A stretch of 64,000 nucleotides of DNA from Macrostomum lignano (lineage: Eukaryota): NCBI GenBank assembly GCA_002269645.1, contig NIVC01003958.1, forward strand, positions 3,540-67,539. The letters are read 5' to 3'. Made by a program: the position numbers and the translations under genes. A model generated the notes under the pieces. It saw nothing but the letters and a program-made list of their open reading frames with translations. It made no database searches and had not been told where the DNA came from. Shown in pieces: positions 27,816 through 38,900 of the stretch. Within the stretch, counting starts at the first letter, position 1. The number at the start of each line of letters is the position of its first letter.

Positions 27816-29641
27816 GAATTGTTGTTGTTGAGATGCATAGGTCATGAGGGATATTGTTAAAGTTCTGTGGCTCAGCAGGGGGAATCTCTGAAATGAAATT
27901 CCAGAATCTCTGATCTTTGAAATATCTGAATTTACATCTCTGAGATTCTATTCTAATGTCAAGATTCATGGGGGGGGGATATATTGCTGAGTTGTCAAAA
28001 ATTATGTGGAAAAATTCTGAGATGTCAAGGCTCATGGGGGATTGTTGAAATGCTGTGGCTCGTCGGGGCAGCTCAGATGCTTTGATCCAAAGCTCATGGT
28101 GATCAGACACCTTATCTAGGTTAGATAGCTTGCTGTCAGGGTGGATGCTGCTTTTAACATCATTTTCCATAAGAAATTGAGAATAGTGACTGTTAACAAT
28201 GGCAAAGCCTACATGTAGTTTATTGAAAAGCTTCCATTATTTTCTTTGTTGCCTCCCCAACGGGGGGAACAGATTTGATATGTAGTACATGTACTAAGAC
28301 TTGAATTGCACCAATCGAATGCGACCAGCAACGTTGACGTCCAGAAATTCAATTAACTACATCAAATTCAAGTACCTTTTTAAACAGACGTTGCATTTTA
28401 GATAGTTGCAACTTGTCTAATGGTCGAAAGACCTGAAAGTCATCTATTGCGGGGCATCCAAAATGCTGGACAGTTAAAAACACCCTTAGTGGTGAAGAGA
28501 GCTACTTTAAGTTTACAGCGACGGTCTTGTCCCTGAGTGTGGCTTCTGGATAAGATAATGCTGGTGCAAGAGGGAGTTTGGTTGCTTCAGCATAGGATTG
28601 GGATTTTCATCAACCTGAACGTAGATTTACTCCTGCATTTCTGCGTCCGGGACGTTTTTCAAGGGCAGGGCTTCCGTTTGACCGCCTCAATCCACCCAGC
28701 TCTTGTGCAGTGTGCGCCATCATGCGCGCTCAATATTTAACCCACGCGCAGGAGACACTACTAAAAGAGTAGTATAATTTTGATGCACTATCTAGTAGTC
28801 TTTGACTTCTTGAACTTGCTTTAGCCGTAACAATCTATCTGTGTTCAAGTCACACACAGAGTTTCCTGCTGTTTGCGCTAAACTCGCGCTTTGTAGCGCT
28901 ACCCTTAGAAGAATCATTTTATATTACAAATTAAGGTTCCAAATTCTATTTAAATTTTCAAATGTCATTTAACGTCATGAATACAACTACACACTTCTAA
29001 CACTATATACTACTACTAGTCTGGCAAATGTATGATCAGAAGTTCCTATGCAACAAAGTACGCGATCAGCAAACCAGATCGCTGCTGTGATATAAAGCCA
29101 ATCATTACCAGCGGCTAGCAGCATTTTCCTCTAGCCACGAGAAGACTGATGGCCCAACTCAACTTTCTGCCGGCCAGAGTAAATCAAATTCCATGGCTAA
29201 ATTGGTAGTATCCGTTCTTGCCGGATAAGGTAAGCACTGCTTACCATGAGTATTCTAGGTTTTCTTGTTTTCTGACAATTATAGGCGTTGCATTCTACAT
29301 TCTTAATTGTTTCGTCAGTAACGTTCCTTAGTGCTTTGGTTCAAAAACACAACTTTTGTTCGAAGAGGCTTCATTAAAGTTTGAAATCAAATTTACTAAT
29401 AACAGAGTTAAACAACAAAAACGAGAATGAAAAACCTGATAATATTCTGGCTGATCAAACTTACTGCGCATACAGAACGTACGGCTCGTGCACTACAGAA
29501 ACTATAACTAGTGAAACTAATATAAATTATCAAGAGTTGTGAACTAATTTGAGCTAAAGACAAAAGGCAAAAACAGTAAACAGAATGGATGAAAACTTTA
29601 GTTTTAGCGGAAAGTGAGTCCATTCTGCCGATGCTCGTACT

Positions 29642-30650
29642 TCAACGCTGCGAATGCCAGCGTTGAAAGCAATCTAACAAACAAAGTCCCGGGCATCCTG
29701 GACATCGGCTGCAGAAATAAACTGTGCGCCGGGAACTGGCAGAACTGTAGCACATTCTGCACCTTTTCGTAGGTCTGGGCTGGGTAGGACGACCTGGGAT
29801 TTTCTCCGGAAAATGCTGCTCAGGGACTGCAACTGTTTGCAGCATGGAAGCCGGTCGCTTCCTGCCATTTCCAGTTCGCTCTACCAAATCACGGATGCTG
29901 GCTTCGAGATATCTGATAAAAGTATTCTGGCCACCACACTTGCAGTACAGAACCCAAGCGTTGCGCACCATTTAAAGGCACATATGCAAACCCAGCTTGT
30001 GGAACCATTTTGTTGTCTTTCTGCTGGCATCATAGGGCTGCAGGGGTGCCGTCCAGCGTGTCCACTCCACCGCTGTGCATCGTCTGTGCTCCAGTAGTCA
30101 TGTAGCTCGGACTTTTTGTTCAGGCCCATGTACAGGTGCATGCCGACTAGCTTTTTCAGCTCGCTTGCGGTGCAGTCCCGCCAGCTAGATACAATGGACG
30201 GAAGGACATCCGTCTCAGGATCCAGCTCCATCAGCATGGTGGCCACCTTGGCGTTTGTCCATTCAGCGAGGCATTGGAAAAGCTCTTCAGAAAGAAACAT
30301 TTGTAAAAATAAAGACTTATCCTTCTCAACATCCTCAGGAATTAAAAAGTTCGGATTTAGGCCAGCAGTTCCGGTAAATTCAAAACATTCTGTCCCTTCA
30401 TCGGACCCAGGCTCGACAAGTCGCCAAACATTCTCAACTACAGCAGCATCGCCATCTGCAAACTCCTGTTCTTCCTCGCCGTCAGGCCCTTCTATGGTTG
30501 GAGGATTGCCATCCAGTGCTTCTTCGCCAACCTCCTCGCCAGGCTCCTCGTCTATTGTTAAGTAGGAGTCGAGGCTTGCTTCACTATCAGAGGTCATGTA
30601 GTCGATCTCAGAGGCAGAAGCCACGTACTTTAGGATATCAGTGAGTAAAT
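29642..30650 (-). mobile_element. Internally deleted, decayed piggyBac-like transposase
   Basis: Acidic N-terminus, LFLQMFLSEE...AEWTN...ELKKLVG...DYWSTD, fused to GGVDTLD...RKTTKWFHKL, *MVRNAWVLY and the C-terminal Cys-rich KRCRMC...YFCSRC...LC...CF...WH. Termini were not found. Confidence 0.88.
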
Positions 30651-32339
30651 ACTGTGTCAAATTTAGCGAGAAAAGGCTAACAAACAAGTTGGTAAGAGTG
30701 TTACTGTAAGAAAGCTATTTTACTACAAAGGGAACTTGCTGTCTGAGCACAGATTTCTAAGGTAAGCAGCGCATACCAAGCAGGCAGCAAGTGAAACTGT
30801 TTTATTGGCTAAATCAGTAGTGCTGTTCATTTCCTTCCCATCTAGCACGTCAGTTTGAGCCAAGCTGGATCAGTAAGCCTAGCCGGCAGGAATGGAAGTG
30901 ACATGCTATGCCAGAAATTATCTATGGTAAGCACTGCTTACCAAGCAGTCGGGAACAGACAAATTATGGATTCTGGTTAGCCAGGAAGAGGCTCTAGACA
31001 TGAAAGAAGAAATCAGTTAAAAAGGTGCTAAATGGGTGTTCGCCTCGCGGCGGCTTGCTGGCGCACTAATCGGGCGTCATCACAAGTCTGACCAGTCGTC
31101 ATACAATTAACCGCTGCAAAAGCCAATTAAGTCGAAGATTTCTTACAATTTTCAACAAACTGTGTGCATATCGCATCTTCAATTGAAGGGCCAGCTCTAG
31201 CCGCTGCTAGTAGATTCTCAACAATTTTCAGTCTCACTAATTAGCTTTCAACCCCTTTCAATGCAATTGTTTTTCTTACCATGAAAACCACGGCAGAAAA
31301 AGAAGAAGCAGGAAAAATTTGGCAATTTTTTTACCGTGGCATTGACGTGCAGGTAAGGTTTTGAGGTTCAAGACCTGATTGAAGATTCATCACTGTGGGA
31401 GGAATTTAAAATTACGAGTAGATCACGAATGGGGCAGCACAATTAAAGTGCCACTATTTCACCTTGGCTACATACGAGATTGGAAAACTGAAGTAAATAA
31501 TAAAAACTGCCTGCTCAGCAGCGCGTTTGCTGGAATAAAATAGGCGGCCTCCTCTCACCGGTGGAGCGGTGGGCGCCACCCAACCAAAACGAGACAGAGC
31601 GTACATACGCGGCTGGGGTGCACAGAAAGAGCGTACTTGGGCACTAAAGCCGGTTTACTCAAGTGCAAGCCTAGCGCGAACCGCAGCCGAATACATCGGG
31701 CGGTAAACTGTGCTGGCTGTAGCTTTTCAGACATCAGCATCTCGGGCTGATCTGCCACCCGGCGTAAAACAGACAAGGGGAAATAAGACCCAATGTACAG
31801 TAAATGGAATAAGCAGACAAAAGCGTAGAAAAGCGCGCCTATATATTCGACACTTTCAAGTTTTGAAATCTACCGTCGTGAACATCCAGCAGCCTCCACT
31901 TGGCTTTATTACCGATTCCAGAACTAGAATCGGTTCGAAGCTTTTCATAGTTCCATTTTCAGAATCGGTTCCAGAACCGTGTTCTGGTTCTGGAATCGGA
32001 ATTATTCTGGTTCTAGAACCGATCTTCGTGAAAAGCCTTCACTCGTAAACGAGTGAATTTTTATTTCTTCGAAAGTTTAAGTTCTTCAAAAATTTGGCTG
32101 GGAATCGGAAGATTTTATATTAGAACTGACGTTCGTGTCGGCTTACACTACAATAACACATGATTTCTAATACATAGTTTATATTATAGCTAAGATCATT
32201 TACATTAAATGATTGTAACTATTTTTGCATATATATTTAAATAGTATTATTGTCAGGGTTTCGCTTTTGTCAGGTTGCTTATCAAAAATTAAATCTAATA
32301 AGACCTAATTGAAAATGAAATGCCTCTAGCATCTTGTAA

Positions 32340-32535
32340 ACTTTGTCCAACTCGGAATATCCCAACCGTTATTCCGACTGATTATTAAATACATTGCAAG
32401 TCTAAATATCATTCCGACTCTTATTTTGACTGATTATTAAATACATTGCAATGATTGGATGATACTTAGACTATTTCTAGAATAACCGCATTACGAGCTG
32501 GAATAATGGTCGGAATATTCTGAGTTGGACAAAGT
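32340..32535. mobile_element. MITE with about 37-bp imperfect TIRs
   Basis: CTTTGTCCAACTCGGAATATCCCAACCGTTATTCC versus the reverse complement of GGAATAATGGTCGGAATATTCTGAGTTGGACAAAG. TA (or TGTAAA) flanks both ends. Confidence 0.8.
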
Positions 32536-33099
32536 GTAAAAGGTCATACAAAACCATAAGCCTACATAAATATTATACTAAAAAATCAAGATATTCTATT
32601 TTAATTTTAGGCCAATGCTAAAGCCTTTGGCAAAGGCAAAGCCAAAAATTAAGATAAGTAATTTAGGAATATATAGCCTTAGGCCTAGGCTTAGGCCTAA
32701 TAAATTGCCTAGGCCTACTAGCTAATAGCACTACTCACTTTACTAGGCTTAGTAGGCCTAGTGCTTTGTTTGATAAAAATGCACTCTTAGAGACAGTTGT
32801 CTCCTAAGGCTAAACTAAAAATTTAATTGATCTCTACTGCAAACTTTGTACACATTTAACACATAGGCCTAATATACCAGATTAAAATATATACATGGCT
32901 AGAAATAGGATAGGGACTAAGGAGCCTACAATACAATGTCAATATACTATAAAATAAACATAAAAATAAAAGCTAATATTAAATTAAAACTAATATAAAA
33001 TAAAAGTAGGAAAAACTTGACTTTTTACTAATATTTTAACTAATATAATATAACAATTTTATTTAACTAATTTCTAAGTCCAATATGGTCATTTTGTAG

Positions 33100-33760
33100 C
33101 TTTTTAAAGCCTATTTTATTTATTGATAAAAAATCTAATATAGTTTGAAAGGTTAGGCTAAGATATAAAATATTGGGTTTTTATCTTATAGGTCTAATGA
33201 TAAAGTAATTAAAAAATCATTTTTGTTTAATTTTAAAAATATAGGAGCCTTTAATTTTTGTAAGTATTACTTTTAGGCCTAGTTCTTTTTATATTTATTT
33301 GTCTCTTTAATGAAAAAGATAATATAGTTTTTTATTGTAATAAAGGCAAAAAGCTAGATATATTTATAAAAACTTTTTTCCTTTTCTTTTTAGTTTATAT
33401 TACTTCTATATTATATAACTTCTATTTCTAATTATATTACTTCTATATTGCTTTTTAGCCTATAAGGGAAAGAACAAGCAAATGCATAACAATCCTAATA
33501 TCTTCTATAAAAGCAACAGATTAAAAAAGTAAATCAATGAATTCAAATACCTAGATGTATCATCTTCAAACCCAGTAATAACTCTAAAAGATACATTGCC
33601 CATCAGATCAAATAAGGATAATAATTCTACAATGTTTTAACTATTACATAAAGTCAAAGATACCACAGTCCACACTAGACATCATGCTTATCAGTAGACT
33701 ATTTAATTCTTGGGTCATATAAGTTATAACGTATGGTTATGAAATCTAGGGACCTTTAGC
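33100..33760 (+). pseudogene. Heavily mutated non-LTR reverse transcriptase remnant
   Basis: Collinear degenerate motifs LFIDKK-SN-IV* (FIDxKAFDxVW), L*VLLLGLVLF (PQGSxLGPxLF), NEFKYLD (EFKYLG) and SYNVW (YGxxW). Recognised by eye. Confidence 0.5.
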
Positions 33761-34115
33761 AACCTATATTTATCTCAAAACCATTGACAAAATTCTAAAA
33801 TTTCCATAAATACCTTCTTTACTTATCTAAAATCACTTGCAACTCTTTTATACTTGCAAAACTCAATTTAACACTTATCTCACTTACCATCTTGAATTTT
33901 TTCTTATATATTTCTTATATTATATTTCTTATATATATAAGAAATATATTTTAAAATAAAAATATTTTAATTTTATACAACCCCTGGAAAGTAAGGCCCA
34001 AACAACCCTTAGAAAGTGAACCTCCTTAAAAAACTACAAAACCTAGGTTTATCTTATGCTTGGGCGCAACCTGTTTGTTGCCAATAGAAATGGCCAAGTG
34101 ATTCCCAAGGTTGCG

Positions 34116-34725
34116 CATATATGCCCTATAGGAAAAAGTTGTAAAACCGCGGATGGTGTCCGGCGCACTTTTGAAATTTTTCTAAAGCGCAGCGCACGCA
34201 CAGGCGCAGCGCCTGCGCACGCTGCCCTTTCTTACTGGCTGCTGCTCTAGCAAATACATATACATGGAAATGGGTATAATACCTCTGTTGCAGGGGCTTA
34301 TACACTCGTAATTTATTAAGCTTAGAGATGTTCCGAAAATTCAATTTCAATTTTCCAAAATTTGAAATTTTTTAGGGAGCAAATTTCAATTTCGAAATAA
34401 AATTTAGAAGTGAAAATTTTGGTAGTGTCTAAAAAGTCGCTAAAAATAAACTACTTTCTACTACATATACATGTATTACTTTTTGCTTAAGCAGTAAATT
34501 GAAAGTAAAAAAGTGAGTGTTGATCATACTAAACTTTGTTTTTCTGAATTATGATTTTGGGAAATTTCAATTTTGATTTAGGAAAGTTAGCAAATTTTGA
34601 TTTCGACGAAACTGCAGATCTTCCGGAACATCTCTAATAATCCTAAAGCGCGGTAAAATAGTTTGACTCTTTTCTAAAGCGCGCGTCCGCGGGTTTTTAA
34701 CATTTATTCCAATAGGGCATATATG
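34116..34725. mobile_element. MITE with about 38-bp TIRs, containing a nested TA-flanked element (34325-34634)
   Basis: CATATATGCCCTATAGGAAAAAGTTGTAAAACCGCGGA versus the reverse complement at 34686-34725. Inner TIR is GAGATGTTCCG/CGGAACATCTC, flanked by TA. Confidence 0.75.
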
Positions 34726-37700
34726 GTTTATCTCACTTGCATATACAAACATTAAACCCTGGAGACAATTATAAAAAACAAAGCAATAATAACAAAACAA
34801 GTATATATCTCTTGGGAGCACAAACATTTCAAAAAATAGAAAACTACATAAAAGTTAGGCATTACAAAAATTGCTTTATGTATAAGAATATTTTTAGGCC
34901 TGATATAAAAAACTACTTCCCAAGTACTTTTAGAAGAAAAATACCTAGAAATCCTGCTAAAGCTTAAAACCAAGTTTGTACCAAACAAGTATACCCAAGA
35001 AAATGCAAACTTTTTGTCAAATATTCAGGAAATAAAATATTACACTATGTAGTTGAATATGCTGTTATACTAAATATCAGAAAAAAAGTATTTTAGACAA
35101 AGCCAATTGAGCACAGGGCATTTCTACAGCTTAGGCTATGCTATAAATGAAAGCAAAACTAAAAAAGACCTGCTAGCTATTGTAAAGATTTATAAACTCA
35201 TAAATAATCTTCATTCTTCTTTTACAACCAACATGAAAAGGTAGACAATACCCTGTATATACTACTCTATTATTACTTTTCTTATATCAATCAAATCCAT
35301 TATGTTGGACTTCCCAAAGCTAGATACTCCCTTTTGCTATATCTCCTTTCATATATCTGCAAAATAGAATTAGTATATTATATCTTTTGATATACTATAT
35401 TACCCCCTTTTCATTTTTTAATAAGGATTGGATAATAAAATAGTGGATCATAAGACAAAAAATGCCTAAATCTTCATGTTTGTATAATTTTTAAAATTAC
35501 ATTAGCAGTGCAACTTAGAATAGTTTTGAACAAAAATACTCATTTTGCAACTTACTTGAATCTCTAATCTTTTATACAACTTGTTTAATTCTTTGTAACT
35601 TAGTGTATTCTTTTCATTATGCTTTTTACTTTATTTTGCCTTTTCAATTTTGCTTCTTTGCCTTATTTTTTAGATACCTAGATAAAGACAACTCATTTTT
35701 AGTGTAATGAGTATATTGTATATATAATAAATATGTCAAAGTTATATATCAAAGTTTTAGCATTAAAACTAAAAATATTTTGTTACATTGCCCAAATTCA
35801 AGTTAAAGAAATATGGTTCAATAAAATGCTACTGTCTTATTGCCTTTTCATATGTTGTATTTGTTAAAATGTTTTTTTACATTAAAATATTTTTCCCTTT
35901 TCATGTTTTTGTGTATAAACTTTATATGCCTATGTTTTTTATTCCTTTGGCATATAATATAATATGGTATAAATCTAGAAAAGTCCAAATTTTTAAACAG
36001 AAGCTTAGCATTGTTTTAATTATTCTTTAAATAAGTGTGACTTATATTTAAACTTTTAAGAAATTTTACCTTAATTGATTTTTAAGTTTTAGGGTTTGCT
36101 TATATGCAGTATATACCTTTGCTAGCTAAAAGCTTTTTTATTTCTTTATCAAATTCTAAAAAATGATTTTTAATTGATAAAGTAGGCCTAGCATTTATAT
36201 TAATTTGCCATTTTTATATATTAGTTACATAATATAATATTGCAAGCTATGATGATTTCAATAAACATTAAATCTACAAATGTTATCAAAGTATTTATTC
36301 TAACAAATTTATCACTGCTTTATAAGCTAGTGTCCTTTTTAAGATGTGTATATATACTCTTTATTACTAATAGTAGTAATATATGTTGTAGGGCTTACTT
36401 CTGTCCTCCAACTATCCCACTATTGCCACCAAAGTTGTCACAGGGCTGATTCCTCTGTTCTGGAAATCTCAGCCGCTGATACCAAAGTTGTGCTAGGTTT
36501 TCAATTTTCCTCTGCTGATACTAAATTCTGCCTTTGGTATCTCTAACTGTTTCTTAGAATTTAATTTAAATATACTGGTAGCGTCTTATGTATTAATCTG
36601 GTAGCGTTCTTAGTATAGTCTGGTAGCGTTCTTAGTATATTAGTCTGGTAGCATTCTTAGTATATGGCCTGAGCGGTCTTACTGGTATATGTACTTTCTC
36701 TTTCCAGTCTGGGCGTTACCGAGATTAGAGGGTCACAGCGATCACTCTTAGTACTTTCTTTGCATGAATCCCTGATTCCCAACTCTCAATACCTCTTTAA
36801 AATAAGCAATGATCTGAGAATAAGTATTGAACAACGTTTTGAGCTTATAGCTATCGAACGAGTTATACTTCCATCCCTTCGGCTCTCTCCTATTTATACT
36901 AATCAATCGCGTATATTTAAAACAAACTCTTACAACTTGAGAATATTTCGCGTATTATAACAAAAGAATATTAATTTTCGCGCTAGTTCAAAAACAATAA
37001 TTCCTAGAAATAAGGTACCGCTACTACATATATAAATATATTAAGGTTTAAGTTAAGTCCAGGTAAATAATTAACTACTCTTATATAATCTATGATTTGA
37101 TTAGCACTAGGCTCTAAGCCATTTAAGTTGTCTACTAAGTATTAGTTATTTATTAGTTTATTTATTTCCTGGATCTGCCCTAATGCAACTAAGTTTTTTC
37201 TTTTTTTATAGCTGATAGAATATTCTAATTGAGAATTGAGATGCTTTAAATGTTTGAGCTTAAGTAGTATATACTGTTTTAGTAACATTGTAATTTAATT
37301 TAATATTGTATTTTAAAATTTTCTGAATTGCTTATACTCAAATGCAACCAATTTTCAGGTTGATCACATGTGATTTAAGTCAATTTTAGTTTTAGGATTA
37401 AATTAATCTTGTCAGCATTTATAGTTTTTATTTTCTATATTTTTTAATTTATAAATACCTTTCCATTACTTAACTTTGTGATATAATAATTAATAATTAA
37501 TAATATAATTTATTATATAAATAGTAGCACAAATCTGATTAAAATCAATAAAAGATACCACAAAGCACTTGTGCTGACTTCGACTGATATGATTCATAGG
37601 ATATATTTCCATAAAAAAACTTTATCCCCTCAAGTGTTTAAGGGAATACAGAATTGGAGTTTTCATTGCTTCAGATGTATTAATAGAGATCAGCTCAGTA

Positions 37701-38363
37701 ATTTCTCAGATAATTTCTCAGATAAACTATCAAGATTGCAAAATATCTACTTTCGCTCCCTGACAAAAAATTCACTGCCATTTGCTTAGGTTTGAGTGCC
37801 TTGCTTTGGCTGTGCTTCTTCACTCACTAGGAGCAGCGGCTGGTCATCATTATTTTTTAAGCAAAGCCAACTACACGCGTTTCATGGGCTCCTCTTAGCT
37901 CACGGTGTGCCACAAGCCCTGGCAGGTATGAGGAAGCGATCGCAACCTGTTCTCAGGCTATCATTAATGTCTTGAGCACAGAGGAACGAATGCACTCTGG
38001 CATGACTTGCAAGAGTGAGGCCGGTTTGCAACTCCTCCCGCTACGCCTGATCGATGCCTTCTCCGTGTCCGAATAGGCTTTTCGTCTTTGCTGCTTTCGC
38101 ATCTAGGGAATCAGCGATCCCTAGGGAACTTCTGCAACTGCTGGCACTGCCAATGCGTCGCCTTGACTCGCTCTGGCACTCCTTTCGTATCCCCCACCTC
38201 AGAGTTCCCCTGTCCTCCAATTGGCGGCCGGCTTCGCTCTGCTTTTCCTGCACCACTTTTCCTCACCCCCCTCCGCTTAAATACGCCAGCCGAGTTCAGC
38301 TGAAGTGCTGAGACTTCCGTGCCGCTTCTTGCTAGTTTGCCTGTCCGCCATCCCGCCGCCTTC

Positions 38364-38900
38364 ATGACTTCTCCGCCCCCGTCTGAGGCGCCCAACACTG
38401 ACGCCGCTGCAGCAGCCGCCGGATCGCGCGACTCTAGCGCCGAGCGCGCCCGCCACGTCACCTTCTCGCCCGGCGTCCACTCGCCGCTGCCGCACCAGCA
38501 CCAGCACCACCACAGGCGCCAGCAGCAGCAGCACCCGATCACGGGCCATCTGCACCCGGTCAGCCTGTTGGAACGGCCCGATTGCTCCTTCGTCATTCCC
38601 TGTCCGGTGGCGAGCGCCTGCCCGGTCCAGCGTCGCCGACTTAGCGACGATAATGAAGAAGAGGATGAAAAGGAAGAGAATGGGGCAGCTGGCGCCTCCG
38701 AGGCGGACGCTGAGCTGGCTTCGGGCGTGGATGATGCCGTGGGAGATTGCGATAGTGAAGAGGATTGCCACCAGTCCAGGATCGCTTCGCCGCCCCCTCC
38801 GACAGCGGCACCGAAGCCGTCGCTCGAGGACTGCCTCGCCATCTGCGCGCAGCTGGTGCCGCATTGGGACCGTCTGTCGGGCCTTCTATCTCTGCTTCAG
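38364..38900 (+). CDS. Probable first coding exon of an unknown protein, ending in a Death-domain-like helix pair
   Basis: ATG, GC-rich codon usage, low-complexity N-terminus, SLEDCLAICAQLVPHWDRLSGLLSLLQ, then a CAG|GTTAGA donor. Later exons are unresolved (41097-41184 is a candidate). Confidence 0.5.

Noticed and set aside
33921-33948. Perfect 28-bp AT palindrome
   Set aside because: Arises from local TTCTTATATA duplications in low-complexity DNA; no evidence of function.
35150-35200. KKDLLAIV as a Gypsy RNase H remnant
   Set aside because: Flanking motifs could not be recovered; could be chance in AT-rich sequence.
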